This document shows positions 1-10,182 of a stretch of 64,000 nucleotides of DNA, one piece after another. Both the position numbers and the translations under genes were made by a program. The notes beneath the pieces are model-generated. The model saw nothing but the letters and a program-made list of their open reading frames with translations, made no database searches and was not told where the DNA came from. Every line of letters starts with the position of its first letter. Position 1 is the first letter of the stretch. Origin of the DNA: Brevundimonas sp. (GTDB lineage Bacteria; Pseudomonadota; Alphaproteobacteria; Caulobacterales; Caulobacteraceae); contig NZ_JAHBYB010000004.1 of the NCBI RefSeq assembly GCF_019636155.1, positions 155,564-219,563 of the forward strand. The letters are read 5' to 3'.

Positions 1-317
1 ATCCGGCTCTGATCCACTGCAAGTCGGGCGCGGACCGGGCCGGGCTGATGGCGGTTCTGTACCGGCATTTCCACCTGGGCGAGCCCGTGTCTCGGGCCAT
101 GGCCGAACTGGGCAAGCGCACCCTTCACCACCGCGAGGGCCTGACCGGGGTGCTGGACTATACGCTGGAACTCTATGTCGCCGAAGGCGAGCCCGCCGGC
201 CTGGATTTCCTGCAATGGGTCGAACGGCCGGCCTATGACCCCAAGGCCATCAAGGCGGCCTTCAAGGCCTCGTGGTGGGGAACCCTGCTGACCGAAAGCC
301 TCCTGCGGCGCGAATAG
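1..317 (+). CDS. Protein tyrosine/dual-specificity phosphatase family protein, C-terminal part (5' truncated by window)
   Basis: Frame from position 3 reads PALIHCKSGADRAGLMAVLY, containing the HCxxGxDR phosphatase signature. Confidence 0.8.
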   Translation, partial: PALIHCKSGADRAGLMAVLYRHFHLGEPVSRAMAELGKRTLHHREGLTGVLDYTLELYVAEGEPAGLDFLQWVERPAYDPKAIKAAFKASWWGTLLTESLLRRE

Positions 318-321
318 GGCC

Positions 322-540
322 TCAGCCCCAGGGGCCGCCGTGTTTCTCGGGGTCGGCCTCGCCCCGCTCGCGGGCCAGTTCGGCGTCGCGGCGGGCCTTG
401 CGCTCGGCCTCCCACTGCTTGAACCAGCGCGCATAGCCGCGCTCGCCCCGCAGCACGAACAGCCAGTAGGCCAGCAGGGCCAGCATGGCGACCAGGCTGG
501 CGATCTCCTGCGGCCCCAGTTCGCGTCCGAACAGGTTCAT
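322..540 (-). CDS. Small membrane hypothetical protein (72 aa)
   Basis: One hydrophobic helix, GC-typical codons, overlaps the stop of the upstream small ORF by 4 nt. Confidence 0.6.
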   Translation of the reverse strand: MNLFGRELGPQEIASLVAMLALLAYWLFVLRGERGYARWFKQWEAERKARRDAELARERGEADPEKHGGPWG

Positions 541-749
541 GGTTGCGGCTCCCGGCCGGGCGGCGCGGCGGCGAAGGGGTCGGCGGGCGCCGCATCCGGC
601 TTGGCGTCGGCCGGCGTCACCGGATCGTTCCAGGCCGTGTCCTGCTCCAGCCGCTGCTCATAGGGTCGCGCGGGCGTCCGGCGGACAGCCCACCAGACGA
701 TGCCGACGGCCAGGACCGCCAGGGCCAGAACGATCATCAGAGTGGTCAC
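537..749 (-). CDS. Small membrane-anchored hypothetical protein (70 aa)
   Basis: N-terminal TM segment, GGAGG RBS upstream, coupled to 322..540. Confidence 0.55.
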   Translation of the reverse strand: MTTLMIVLALAVLAVGIVWWAVRRTPARPYEQRLEQDTAWNDPVTPADAKPDAAPADPFAAAPPGREPQP

Positions 750-812
750 GGCTCGGACCTCCTTCGGCGAAGCTTGCCCCGGAAAAGCGCCCCAGGCGAG
801 GGGGCGGTTCCG

Positions 813-1055
813 TCAGGCCTCGATGCGCGGGTCGATCAGCTTGTGCGCGTGCAGGATGAAGAACCGCATATGGGCGTTGTCGACCGTCGCCTGGGCGCGG
901 GCCTTCCAGGCCTTCTTGGCCTCTTCATAGCTGCCGAAGGCGCCGACGAACTCGACCTTGGACAGGTCGCGGAACACCGGGGCGTCCAGGTGGCGCAGCT
1001 CTCCGCCGATGACGAGGTGCAGCAGTTGCGGGTTCTGGGTTTCGGTCGCGGCCAT
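813..1055 (-). CDS. DUF4170 family protein
   Basis: QLLHLVIGGEL...VGAFGSYEEAKKAWKARAQATVDNAHMRFFI pattern; start trimmed to ATG at 1055. Confidence 0.75.
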   Translation of the reverse strand: MAATETQNPQLLHLVIGGELRHLDAPVFRDLSKVEFVGAFGSYEEAKKAWKARAQATVDNAHMRFFILHAHKLIDPRIEA

Positions 1056-1087
1056 GGGGGCTCCGGCAAAGGCGGGGGGAGGAGGGA

Positions 1088-1894
1088 CTATGGGGCCAGC
1101 GGGATAGTCGCACAGCGCGCCACGATCAACGGGTGCAGCGCTGGCGCGGCGCAGACCAGGCTGGCCTGGCGCGGATCGGGCCGGTTGAATCGCCAGGGCT
1201 CGCCCCGGTGATCCGACACCTTCGCACCCGCTTCGGCGGCGATCAGGGCGCCGGCGGCCACGTCCCAGTCCCACTTCGGCGTCAGGGCCACCGCCGCGTC
1301 GAAGGCGCCGGCCGCCACCAGGGCCATGCGATAGGCGATGGCGTTGCGTTTCTCGAACCGCATCGGCGGCCAGGGCTCGGGCCACAGCGGCCCTTCCATC
1401 AGCCGCGCATCGGCCAGCATGGCCGCGTCGTCCAGCGCATCCGCATCCGAGGCTGTGATCGGCCGCCCGTTCAGCCGCGCGCCCTGTCCGGCCACCGCCT
1501 CATAGGTCTCGTCCAGGGCGGGGGCGTGGATGACGGCGGCCACGGGAACCCCGTCCTCGACCACGGCGATGGGCACGCACCACCAGGGCTTGCCCTTCAT
1601 ATAGGCCACGGTGCCGTCGATCGGATCGACCACGAAGATGCGCCGTCTCGACAGTCGCTCGGCCGAATCCGCCGTCTCTTCCGACAGCCAGCCATAGTCG
1701 GGCCGGGCGTTCAGCAGGGTCTCGCGCAAGACCCGGTCCACCGCCATGTCGGCGCTCGTGACCGGCGATCCGCCCGACTTGGACCAGATCTTCAGCCCGG
1801 CCTCGCGTTCGCTCAGGGCCAAGGCGCCCGCCGCGATCGCCGCCTGGCGGATCAGGGCCAGGTCCTCGGCCCGGTCGGTTGCGTCGGCGCTCAT
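1088..1894 (-). CDS. cysQ: 3'(2'),5'-bisphosphate nucleotidase / inositol monophosphatase family
   Basis: WLSEE, VVDPIDGT and WDVAAG motifs. Confidence 0.8.
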   Translation of the reverse strand: MSADATDRAEDLALIRQAAIAAGALALSEREAGLKIWSKSGGSPVTSADMAVDRVLRETLLNARPDYGWLSEETADSAERLSRRRIFVVDPIDGTVAYMKGKPWWCVPIAVVEDGVPVAAVIHAPALDETYEAVAGQGARLNGRPITASDADALDDAAMLADARLMEGPLWPEPWPPMRFEKRNAIAYRMALVAAGAFDAAVALTPKWDWDVAAGALIAAEAGAKVSDHRGEPWRFNRPDPRQASLVCAAPALHPLIVARCATIPLAP

Positions 1895-3240
1895 TTGCCC
1901 GCGATCGCCACCGCGTCGAACAGCAGCGACGGACTGTTGAACGCCCCGCGGAACTCCAGGTCCGATCCGCGCTCCAGCCGGGCGTAGAGGTCGATCAGCC
2001 GCCCCGCCACCGTGACCTCGCTGACCGGGTAGGCGATCTCTCCGTCCTCGAACCAGAACCCCGACACCCCCGCCGACCAGTCGCCGGTGTTGGGGTTCAG
2101 CGACGGCCCGAACATCGAGGCGACCACCAGGCCGCGCCCCGCCCGGGCCATCAGGCCGTTCAGGTCGGCGTCTCCGGGCGCCAGGTGCAGATTGTGTCCG
2201 GAAACCCCCGGCGGCCCCGCCAGCCCGCGTGAGGCGTGGCCGGTCGAGGCCATGCCCAGCTGGGCCGCCGCCGAACTGTTCAGCAGCCAGGTCGCCACGA
2301 CGCCGTCCTCGACGATGGCCCGGCGTTCGACCGCGACGCCCTCGTCATCGAAGGGGGTCGAGCCCAGGCCGCGCACCCGGAACGGGTCGTCGATCAGGTC
2401 CACGCCCTGCGGCAGCACCCTCTGGCCCAGCCGGTCCTTCAGGAAGGACACCCCCCGCGCCACCGCCGGCCCGGCCATGGCCGAGACCAGGGGCGACAGC
2501 ACCTGGGTGGCGACGCGGTTTTCGAAGATGACCGGCGCGGTGGTCGAGGCGATCTTCCGCGGGCCCAGGCGCGAGACGGCGCGCCGTCCGGCCTCGGCCC
2601 CGATGGCCGGGGCGTTCGGCAGATCGGCCAGGTGGCGGGTGGTGCGGCTTTCGCCCCCGCGCTCCATGGCCCCGTCCTTTTCGGCGATGACCCCGACGCC
2701 CAGGGAATAGCCGCTGCCGCGATAGGCGCCGTCGAATCCGTGAGAGGTGACCAGCCGCCATTCACTGTCGGACCAGCTGGCGTGCCCGCCCTCCGATCGG
2801 GCCACGCCGGCCACGGCCAGGGCCGCGCCCTCGGCCTCGGCGGCCGCCTGCTCCAGCTGCTGGGCGGTCCGGCCGGCCGGGTCGTGCAGGTCCAGGTCCG
2901 CGAACGGCCCGCGCGCCAGCCGGTCCTCGGGCGCCAGTCCGGCATAGGGATCCTCGGGCGCCAGCCGGGCCATGGCCACGGCCCGCTCGACCAGGCGCGC
3001 CCGCGTCTGGGGCGACAGGTCCGAGGCCGAGACGGTCGCCTGCCGCCGTCCGACGAAGACCCTCAGGCCCAGGTCTCGGCTCTCCTCGCGCTCGACATCC
3101 TCCAGGGCTCCGTTTCGGACCCCGACCGACAGGGCGGCGCGAAAGGCCGTCACCGCCTCGGCGGCGTCGGCGCCGGCCTTCAGGGCGTCGGCGACCAGGT
3201 CATGCAACAGTTCGGCGGGCGGTGTGGGGGAGGCGGCCAT
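1891..3240 (-). CDS. pmbA: TldD/PmbA family metalloprotease subunit
   Basis: DPYAGLA, FDDEG and C-terminal SPSLL motifs; 449 aa. Confidence 0.85.
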   Translation of the reverse strand: MAASPTPPAELLHDLVADALKAGADAAEAVTAFRAALSVGVRNGALEDVEREESRDLGLRVFVGRRQATVSASDLSPQTRARLVERAVAMARLAPEDPYAGLAPEDRLARGPFADLDLHDPAGRTAQQLEQAAAEAEGAALAVAGVARSEGGHASWSDSEWRLVTSHGFDGAYRGSGYSLGVGVIAEKDGAMERGGESRTTRHLADLPNAPAIGAEAGRRAVSRLGPRKIASTTAPVIFENRVATQVLSPLVSAMAGPAVARGVSFLKDRLGQRVLPQGVDLIDDPFRVRGLGSTPFDDEGVAVERRAIVEDGVVATWLLNSSAAAQLGMASTGHASRGLAGPPGVSGHNLHLAPGDADLNGLMARAGRGLVVASMFGPSLNPNTGDWSAGVSGFWFEDGEIAYPVSEVTVAGRLIDLYARLERGSDLEFRGAFNSPSLLFDAVAIAGK

Positions 3241-3291
3241 GCCCCGATATGGCGGACCGCCCGCCCCGCCGCAACGGCCCTGCGCCCGGCC

Positions 3292-3687
3292 TCAGCCCAC
3301 GGCCAGGGCGATCAGCCCCGCCGCCGCCGCGATCAGCGCCAGATAGGTCAGCACCATGCCCAGGATGCGGCCCAGCGACGGCCCCTTCTGGAACAGCAGG
3401 CCCAGGGCATGGACGATCCGCCCCAGGAACAGGGTCGCCCCCACCGCATGCACCGTCACCACCGGCGCCCCCAGCAGGGCCAGAAGGATCAGGCCCGCGA
3501 TGCCGACCGGCGCATATTCGCTGGCGTTGCCGAAGGCGCGGCTGGCGGCCGTCAGGTCCGCGTGGCCGCCGTCGCCGAAGGCGACCAGCCGCCGCCGCCG
3601 CCGCGTCACCACCAGGGCGGACAGCACCACCAGAAGAACAATCAACAGACCTGTCCACAGGCCTGCCGCATGAAGGGCTTGGGTCAT
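3292..3687 (-). CDS. MAPEG family protein
   Basis: RAFGNASEYAP and GRIVHALG motifs, three to four TM helices. Confidence 0.8.
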   Translation of the reverse strand: MTQALHAAGLWTGLLIVLLVVLSALVVTRRRRRLVAFGDGGHADLTAASRAFGNASEYAPVGIAGLILLALLGAPVVTVHAVGATLFLGRIVHALGLLFQKGPSLGRILGMVLTYLALIAAAAGLIALAVG

Positions 3688-5513
3688 CAGCGAACCTCCC
3701 TCGCCACCGGATAAAGCCTATAGCGGTCGTCGTGGAACGGCGTCCGTTCATAGAACCAGGCCAGGCGCGCGTCGCCGTTGGCGGCGAATTCGGCGTCGGC
3801 CGCCAGCTTCGCCTCGAACTCGGCCTTCAGCGCCGGATCGGCCGCCAGCATACGGTCGGCCATTGGCGCGATGGCGTAGGCCTCCATATACTCCACCCGG
3901 CTCAGAACCTCGGGGAACAGGCCCCAGGCGAACAGGCTCTCGACCGACTGGGGTTCCAGCATCAGGATCGCCACATCGCCCAGGGCCTGATCGGTCGGCA
4001 CGCGCACCGATCCGGGCGCGAAGGTCCAGTCGCGCCGCTCGGGCGTCACCTGGGTCACCCGAATGGGCACATGGCCCTCATTGGCCCGCGGCGACACCTG
4101 CGGATCGACCAGGCGCAGCATCTCGACCGACACGGTGCGCGGCTGGGTCAGGGTCTCCATCTGGACGCCGTGGGCGCGCAGACGCTCGATCACGTCCGCC
4201 CGATGCGCCGGCACCCAATAGGCCTCCGGCCGCGCCAGGGTCAGGGTCGGGCGCGAGCCGTAGAAGGGCAGGTTCCAGACCTCCGGATCGGCCTGGCCCA
4301 GCCAGCGGATTTCCTCCCGTCCCGAGGCCGGACTGACATAGGTCTCGTAGCGGATGCCCTTGAAGGCGCGGGTGTAGGCGGGGGTCGGGTCCGGCTCGAA
4401 ATTGGTCGGGATCTCGGCCGGGCGCAGGGCGGCGTCGGCCGTGGCGGCGGCGCGAAGATCCGCGCCCTGTTCGGCCAGCAGCCGCATCGCCGCCTCCAGG
4501 AAGACATAGGTGCCCAGCACCCGCTGCTCGTGCGGTTTCAGGCTGTGGTTCTCGATCAGTATGGTCGGCACATGGGCGGCCGAGCCCCAGCCGTTCGAGA
4601 ACCGCTCGCCCAGGCCGCCGTCCGACAGCCCCTTCTTCGGATCGTCGCCGTCCAGGCCGAACACCAGTTCGCCGGGGATGTGCCCTTGGGCCTCCAGGGC
4701 GCCATAGACTTCGGGCCGGAAGACGGCGTCCAGCCATTGGGCCGTCGCCGGGCTGCGGCTCCAGACCCCGTTCTCGCCATTGTAGCCGAAGGTGACGTCG
4801 TACTGATAATCCATGCCGTCGGTGACATGGATGTCGACATAGAGGTCGGGCCGGTATTTCAGGATCAGGCCGCGAACCGCGCGCATCTCGGCCTGGTCCA
4901 TCTTCAGATAGTCGCGGTTCAGGTTCTGGTTCGTCGCCGTGTTGCGCCAGCCCTGGATGCGCGGCCCGCGCTGGTTCGGCCGGGAATAGGGGCTGGACCG
5001 CTCGTGCCCGTCGACCGACAGGATGGGAACCAGGATCAGATTGACCCGGTCCAGCAGCTCGGACTTGCCATAGAAGGCGATGTCCCGCAGCAGCATCATC
5101 CCCGCGTCCTTGCCGTCGATCTCGCCCGGATGGATGCCGGCCTGGGCCAGCAGCACCGGCTTGGCCGGATCAAAGGCCGCGCCGTCCCTGGACGCGATCA
5201 CCGCATAGAGGGGCCGCCCCTCGGGCGAGACGCCGAACTGTTCGATGCGGATCAGGTCGCTGGCCTGGTCCAGCCGGTCGAACCAGGCGCGGGTGTCGGC
5301 ATAGTTCGGGCTGAAGTCGTGGGCCGGATCACGCTCGAAATCGGTGGCCCAGCGGTCGCCCCCATCCCGCAACAGGGCCCGGCTGGCCCCATTCCATTCC
5401 GGGGCGGGCGGCAGGAAGGCCTGATCCCACGGGGCGACGTTGGGCAGGGATTGCGACATGGCGGGGCTCGACAAGGACAGACACAGGGCGGCCAGGGCGG
5501 CGAGACGGATCAT
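3687..5513 (-). CDS. Secreted M14 family zinc metallopeptidase
   Basis: Signal peptide; GIHPGEIDG (HxxE), NLNRD and DIHVTDG motifs. Confidence 0.85.
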   Translation of the reverse strand: MIRLAALAALCLSLSSPAMSQSLPNVAPWDQAFLPPAPEWNGASRALLRDGGDRWATDFERDPAHDFSPNYADTRAWFDRLDQASDLIRIEQFGVSPEGRPLYAVIASRDGAAFDPAKPVLLAQAGIHPGEIDGKDAGMMLLRDIAFYGKSELLDRVNLILVPILSVDGHERSSPYSRPNQRGPRIQGWRNTATNQNLNRDYLKMDQAEMRAVRGLILKYRPDLYVDIHVTDGMDYQYDVTFGYNGENGVWSRSPATAQWLDAVFRPEVYGALEAQGHIPGELVFGLDGDDPKKGLSDGGLGERFSNGWGSAAHVPTILIENHSLKPHEQRVLGTYVFLEAAMRLLAEQGADLRAAATADAALRPAEIPTNFEPDPTPAYTRAFKGIRYETYVSPASGREEIRWLGQADPEVWNLPFYGSRPTLTLARPEAYWVPAHRADVIERLRAHGVQMETLTQPRTVSVEMLRLVDPQVSPRANEGHVPIRVTQVTPERRDWTFAPGSVRVPTDQALGDVAILMLEPQSVESLFAWGLFPEVLSRVEYMEAYAIAPMADRMLAADPALKAEFEAKLAADAEFAANGDARLAWFYERTPFHDDRYRLYPVAREVR

Positions 5514-5565
5514 GGCGTTCGGGTCCCAGCGGGCGAAGGAGCGGCGACCTTAGACCGCTTCGCCG

Positions 5566-7095
5566 TCATTTCCAGATGGGGGCGCCGTCACCGGGCAGGC
5601 CCAGGCTGTCCCACATCTCGCTGACCCGTTCGACCACCGCCTCGTCCATGCGGATTTCCTGGCCCCATTCACGCCTGGTCTCGGGCGGCCATTTGTCGGT
5701 GGCGTCCAGGCCGATCTTGGACCCCAGGCCGCTCTCGGGGCTGGCGAAGTCCAGATAGTCGATCGGGGTGTTCTCGATCACCGTGATGTCGCGGGCCGGG
5801 TCCATGCGGGTCGAGATGGCCCACATCACGTCCTTCCAGTCGCGGGCGTTCACCGTGTCGTCCACGACGATGACCCATTTGGTGTACATGAACTGGCGCA
5901 GATAGCTCCACACGCCCAGCATCACCCGCTTGGCGTGGCCCGGATAGGCCTTCTTCATCGACACCACGGCGATGCGATAGCTGCACCCCTCGGGCGGCAG
6001 CCAGAAGTCGACGATCTCCGGAAACTGGGCGCGCAGCAGGGGGATGAACACCTCATTCAGCGCCTCGCCCAGCACGCTGGGCTCGTCCGGCGGCCGGCCG
6101 GTGAAGGTGGTCAGATAGATCGGGTCGCGGCGCATGGTGATCGCCGTCACCTGAAACACCGGGAAGGTCTCGACCGAGTTGTAATAGCCGGTGTGGTCGC
6201 CATAGGGCCCCTCCGGTGCATGCTCGTCCAGCAGCACATGGCCCTCCAGCACGATCTCGGCCTGGGCCGGGACCATCAGGGGCACGGTCTTGCAGGGAAC
6301 CAGCTCGGCCTTGGCGCCGCGCAGCAGGCCGGCGAACTGGTATTCGCTCAGGGTGTCCGGCACCGGCGTCACCGCCGCCAGTATGGTCCCCGGATCGGCC
6401 CCCAGAACCACGGCGGCGGGCAGGGGCTCGCGCTTTCCGGCCTTCCTGTGCCGGGCGTAGTGCTGGGCCCCGCCGCGGTGGGCCAGCCAGCGCATGATGG
6501 CCCGGTCCCTGCCCAGCACCTGCATGCGATAGACACCCAGGTTGAAGTCGTCCTCCGCCGCGTCCGTAGGCCCCTGGGTGACCACCAGGCCCCAGGTGAT
6601 CAGGGGCGCCGGCTCGCCGGGCCAGCAGCCCTGGACGGGCAGGGCGGTCAGGTCGATCTGGTCGCCCTTCAGCACCACCTGCTGCACCGGCGCCGTCTTC
6701 ACCGTCCTGGGCCGCATCGACATCACGGTCTGGGCCAAGGGCAGCATCTCCATGGCGTCGCCCAGGCCGCGCGGCGGCGTCGGGTTGCGCAGGAAGGCCA
6801 GAAGCTCGCCCACCTCGCGCAGGTCGCCGGCCGTGGCGCGCGCCTTCTTGTCCAGGGTCACCCCCATGGCCACTCGCTTCACCGTGCCGAACAGATTGGC
6901 CAGGCAGGGGATGGGGCTGATCGACCCGTCGGGCATCACGGGCTTTTCGAACAGGACCGCCGGCCCGCCGTTGCGCAGCAGCCGGGTCTGGATCTCGGTC
7001 ATCTCCAGTTGGGTCGAGACCGGCTGGGCGACGCGCACCAGCTCGCCCTCGGCTTCCAGCATGTCGATGAAGTCGCGCAGGGACTTGTAGGCCAT
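5566..7095 (-). CDS. ubiD: UbiD family (prFMN-dependent) decarboxylase
   Basis: [21 protein letters not shown] and GSKIGLDAT motifs. Confidence 0.92.
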   Translation of the reverse strand: MAYKSLRDFIDMLEAEGELVRVAQPVSTQLEMTEIQTRLLRNGGPAVLFEKPVMPDGSISPIPCLANLFGTVKRVAMGVTLDKKARATAGDLREVGELLAFLRNPTPPRGLGDAMEMLPLAQTVMSMRPRTVKTAPVQQVVLKGDQIDLTALPVQGCWPGEPAPLITWGLVVTQGPTDAAEDDFNLGVYRMQVLGRDRAIMRWLAHRGGAQHYARHRKAGKREPLPAAVVLGADPGTILAAVTPVPDTLSEYQFAGLLRGAKAELVPCKTVPLMVPAQAEIVLEGHVLLDEHAPEGPYGDHTGYYNSVETFPVFQVTAITMRRDPIYLTTFTGRPPDEPSVLGEALNEVFIPLLRAQFPEIVDFWLPPEGCSYRIAVVSMKKAYPGHAKRVMLGVWSYLRQFMYTKWVIVVDDTVNARDWKDVMWAISTRMDPARDITVIENTPIDYLDFASPESGLGSKIGLDATDKWPPETRREWGQEIRMDEAVVERVSEMWDSLGLPGDGAPIWK

Positions 7096-7156
7096 CCCGA
7101 TGGATTAGGCGGCGCGACGGCGGCTGTCACCTGTCCAGAGCGGTCCATGGTCCACG

Positions 7157-7186
7157 AAAAAGGCCGCGTCCATCGGGACGCGGCCT
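7157..7186 (-). terminator. Rho-independent terminator after exbD
   Basis: 11-bp stem AGGCCGCGTCC/GGACGCGGCCT, 4-nt loop, T-run on minus strand. Confidence 0.7.
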
Positions 7187-7211
7187 GATCCGTTTCGAAG
7201 CGGCGAGACGC

Positions 7212-7649
7212 CTATTCGATGTCTTCGTTCAGCAGGCCGACCTTGAAGAAGCCGTTCTCCTGCATGTCGTTCATGACTTCCATGAACTGGTTGTAGCGCA
7301 CTTCCGGCTGGGCGCGGACGAAGACGCGCTCGTCGCGGCAGTTGGGCGTGGGCTGCAGGGCGGCGCAGACGTCGGCGGCCAGGGTTTCGATGGTGGTCTG
7401 TTGTTCGGCGATGAACAGCGAGCCCGTCTCCTGGATGGTGATATACACCGGCTCCTTGGGGTTCGGGTCGTCGTTCGGCACGGCCGGCGGCAGGTCCAGG
7501 CGGATCGAGACGGTGGCCAGCGGGGCCGAGACCATGAAGATGATCAGCAGAACCAGCATCACGTCCACGAACGGGGTGACGTTGATCTCCGCGTTCTGGT
7601 CGATGGTCTTGCCGCCTTGGCCGCCCGGGCCGGAAAGTTTGGCGCCCAT
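7212..7649 (-). CDS. exbD: ExbD/TolR biopolymer transport protein
   Basis: EINVTPFVDVMLVLLIIFMV signature; start trimmed to MGAKL. Confidence 0.9.
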   Translation of the reverse strand: MGAKLSGPGGQGGKTIDQNAEINVTPFVDVMLVLLIIFMVSAPLATVSIRLDLPPAVPNDDPNPKEPVYITIQETGSLFIAEQQTTIETLAADVCAALQPTPNCRDERVFVRAQPEVRYNQFMEVMNDMQENGFFKVGLLNEDIE

Positions 7650-7799
7650 GCGCTGGTCTCCATCTTGGGCCGACGCGAGGCGCGCGGGCCGAACTTGCAC
7701 TTTCGAGTATGTCTCTTGGCGTCCCCGGCCGCGCTTGTAAAGCGGTCTCGGACGGCCGGAGGTTCCCGACGCAAAAATACCCGCGTCAGGCGAAACGCC

Positions 7800-8420
7800 T
7801 CAGCCGCGCCCCGCCAGCTTCAGAAACCGGTCCATCAGGGCCGGATCGGTCTTGAACACCCCCGTGAACCGCGTCGTCAGGGTCGAGACATGGCGGTGAT
7901 GCACGCCGCGGGTGGTCATGCACTGGTGCGCCGCGTCGATCAGGACGGCGACCCCGGCGGGCGCCAGATGCGATTCGAGGGCGGCGGCGACCTCCTGGGT
8001 CAGGGTCTCCTGGGTCTGCAGCCGGCGCGAGAAGATCTCGACCACCCGCGCGATCTTGGAGATGCCCACCACCTTGTCGGTCGGCACATAGGCGACATAG
8101 GCCTTGCCCAGGAAGGGGGCCATGTGGTGCTCGCAGTGGCTCTCGACCTCGATCTCGCGCAGCATGACCATGTCGTCATAGCCCTCGACCTCCTCGAAGG
8201 TGCGGCTCAGTTCCTTGGCGACGTCGGCGTCATAGCCCTGGAACCAGTCGCCATAGGCGTCGACCACCCGGCGTGGGGTGTCGATCAGGCCCTCGCGTTC
8301 AGGATCGTCGCCGGCCCAGGCGATCAGGGTGCGCACCGCCTCCATCGCCGCCTCGCGGCTGGGGCGGGGCTTGCGGTCGTTGTCGCCGACCAGGACCGGC
8401 TTGACGGGATTGACGCTCAT
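7800..8420 (-). CDS. folE: GTP cyclohydrolase I
   Basis: REGLIDTPRRV, SHCEHH, RRLQTQE and HQCMTTRG motifs. Confidence 0.95.
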   Translation of the reverse strand: MSVNPVKPVLVGDNDRKPRPSREAAMEAVRTLIAWAGDDPEREGLIDTPRRVVDAYGDWFQGYDADVAKELSRTFEEVEGYDDMVMLREIEVESHCEHHMAPFLGKAYVAYVPTDKVVGISKIARVVEIFSRRLQTQETLTQEVAAALESHLAPAGVAVLIDAAHQCMTTRGVHHRHVSTLTTRFTGVFKTDPALMDRFLKLAGRG

Positions 8421-8536
8421 TCTCGATCTCTCGCGGCGGCGCAATAAACAATCGGCCGTGACTGTTTCTCGCCTCTGGCCCGGCTATATGGACCTTCCCT
8501 AGCGTCCTGCAAGAAAACTTGGGCAAGCCTGCGACC

Positions 8537-9946
8537 ATGCCGCTGCACATCCACGACACCCTGCGCCGTGAAAAGCGCCTGTTCCAGCCGCGCGATCCGA
8601 ACCGGGTGACCCTCTATGTCTGCGGCCCGACGGTCTATGACTACGCCCACATCGGCAACGCCCGGCCGCCGGTGGTGTTCGACGTCCTGGCGCGGCTGTT
8701 GCGAAGGGAATACGGGGCGGACAAGGTCATCTACGCCCGCAACGTCACCGACGTGGACGACAAGATCAACGCCAAGGCGGCCAAGGAAGGCGTGCCCATC
8801 GGCGAGGTCACGGCCCGATACGAGGCCGCCTATCTGGACGACATGGCCCGGCTGAACGTCAGCCCGCCGGATATCGCCCCGCACGTCACCGACCATATGG
8901 ACGCCATCGTGGCCCAGATCGCGGCCCTCATCGACGCCGGCTGCGCCTATGCGGCGGAAGGCCATGTCCTGTTCGATGTCGCCGCCTATCCGGCCTACGG
9001 CGCCCTGTCGGGGCGGAACCTGGACGACATGATCGCCGGGGCGCGGGTCGAGGTCGCCCCCTACAAGAAGAATCCGCACGACTTCGTCCTGTGGAAGCCC
9101 TCGAAGGCCGGCGAACCGTCCTGGCCCTCGCCCTGGGGCGACGGGCGACCGGGCTGGCACATCGAATGCTCGGCCATGATCGAGCAGAACCTGGGCCTGC
9201 CCATCGACATCCACGGCGGCGGGATCGACCTGGTCTTCCCGCACCATGAGAACGAGATCGCGCAAGGCGTCTGCGCCCACGGCCATGCGCACGGTGACGC
9301 CTCACACGACGAATACGCCCGCTACTGGATGCACAACGGCTTCCTGACCGTGGACGCGGAAAAGATGTCCAAGTCGGTCGGCAACGTCCTTCTGCTGCAC
9401 GACCTGGTCCAGTCGATGCCGGGCGAGGTGGTGCGCTGGGCCCTGCTGAGCGCCCATTACCGCCAGCCGCTGGACTGGAACCAGAGCCTGCTGGACCAGT
9501 CGAAGAAGAATCTCGACCGGCTGTATGGCGCCCTGCACCGGGCGGCGGCGGTCCCGGCGGTCGAGGTCGAACCGCCGGCCGACTTCCTGAAATCCATCGA
9601 GGACGACCTGAACACCCCCGGCGCCATGGCCGTCCTGTTCGCCCTGTCCAGCGAGATCGAGCGCGGCATGACCGCCGGCGATACGGCCGGGGTCGCCGAG
9701 GCCAAGGGCCGGCTGATCGCCTGCGCCGACATCCTGGGCGTGCTCCAGTCCGACCCGGCCGCCTGGCTGGAGGGCGAGGTCTCGGACGACCTGCGCCTCG
9801 AGGTCGAAAGTCTGCTGGACCAGCGCGCGGCGGCCCGCGCGGCCAAGGACTGGCCCGCCGCCGACCGCATCCGCGACCGTCTGACCGAGCTGAACGTCGT
9901 CGTCATGGACGGCCCCCAGGGCGCGACCTGGCGGCTGAAAAGCTAG
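8537..9946 (+). CDS. cysS: Cysteinyl-tRNA synthetase
   Basis: CGPTVYDYAHIGNARP (HIGH), GRPGWHIECSAM and KMSKS motifs. Confidence 0.97.
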   Translation: MPLHIHDTLRREKRLFQPRDPNRVTLYVCGPTVYDYAHIGNARPPVVFDVLARLLRREYGADKVIYARNVTDVDDKINAKAAKEGVPIGEVTARYEAAYLDDMARLNVSPPDIAPHVTDHMDAIVAQIAALIDAGCAYAAEGHVLFDVAAYPAYGALSGRNLDDMIAGARVEVAPYKKNPHDFVLWKPSKAGEPSWPSPWGDGRPGWHIECSAMIEQNLGLPIDIHGGGIDLVFPHHENEIAQGVCAHGHAHGDASHDEYARYWMHNGFLTVDAEKMSKSVGNVLLLHDLVQSMPGEVVRWALLSAHYRQPLDWNQSLLDQSKKNLDRLYGALHRAAAVPAVEVEPPADFLKSIEDDLNTPGAMAVLFALSSEIERGMTAGDTAGVAEAKGRLIACADILGVLQSDPAAWLEGEVSDDLRLEVESLLDQRAAARAAKDWPAADRIRDRLTELNVVVMDGPQGATWRLKS

Positions 9947-9975
9947 GCGCAATCGACACGCGACGCCCGCACGCC

Positions 9976-9996
9976 CCCTCTCCCGATGGGAGAGGG
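9976..9996. repeat. Palindromic element CCCTCTCCC-GAT-GGGAGAGGG (REP-like or terminator)
   Basis: Perfect 9-3-9 inverted repeat downstream of cysS. Confidence 0.6.
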
Positions 9997-10069
9997 AAGC
10001 CCTCTAAAACCAGAGCAGACCCCAGCTGCCGACTATGGCGGGTTAGCAGAGGCGCCAGCCTTCGGCCGA

Positions 10070-10124
10070 TGGTGCGAGCGGCGGGGGTCGAACCCGCATG
10101 ACCGAGGTCGAGGGATTTTAAGTC
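10070..10124 (-). tRNA. 3' half of tRNA-Leu(TAA); att junction fragment rather than a functional tRNA
   Basis: Minus strand GACTTAAAATCCCTCGACCTCGGTCATGCGGGTTCGACCCCCGCCGCTCGCACCA has anticodon loop CTTAAAA, long variable arm, TTCGA loop and CCA; the 5' side of the anticodon stem does not pair fully. Confidence 0.85.
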
Positions 10125-10182
10125 ACACAGGCCAGTTCCAACCATCTGATACCGCTCGTCTTTCTATCACAGGTCGCCCCAC

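Noticed and set aside
3222-5624. Long antisense or alternate-frame ORFs (this one and e.g. 12595..14250, 18897..20876, 46613..48049)
   Set aside because: Shadow ORFs of real genes in high-GC DNA; Arg/Gly/Pro-rich with no motifs.
7212-7649. exbD without adjacent exbB as an anomaly
   Set aside because: Orphan exbD/tolR paralogues are unsurprising in TonB-receptor-rich Caulobacteraceae; ordinary core context.
10070-10159. Full functional tRNA-Leu gene
   Set aside because: The anticodon stem pairs only 3/5, the first acceptor pair is mismatched and the D region is too long; better explained as an att fragment.
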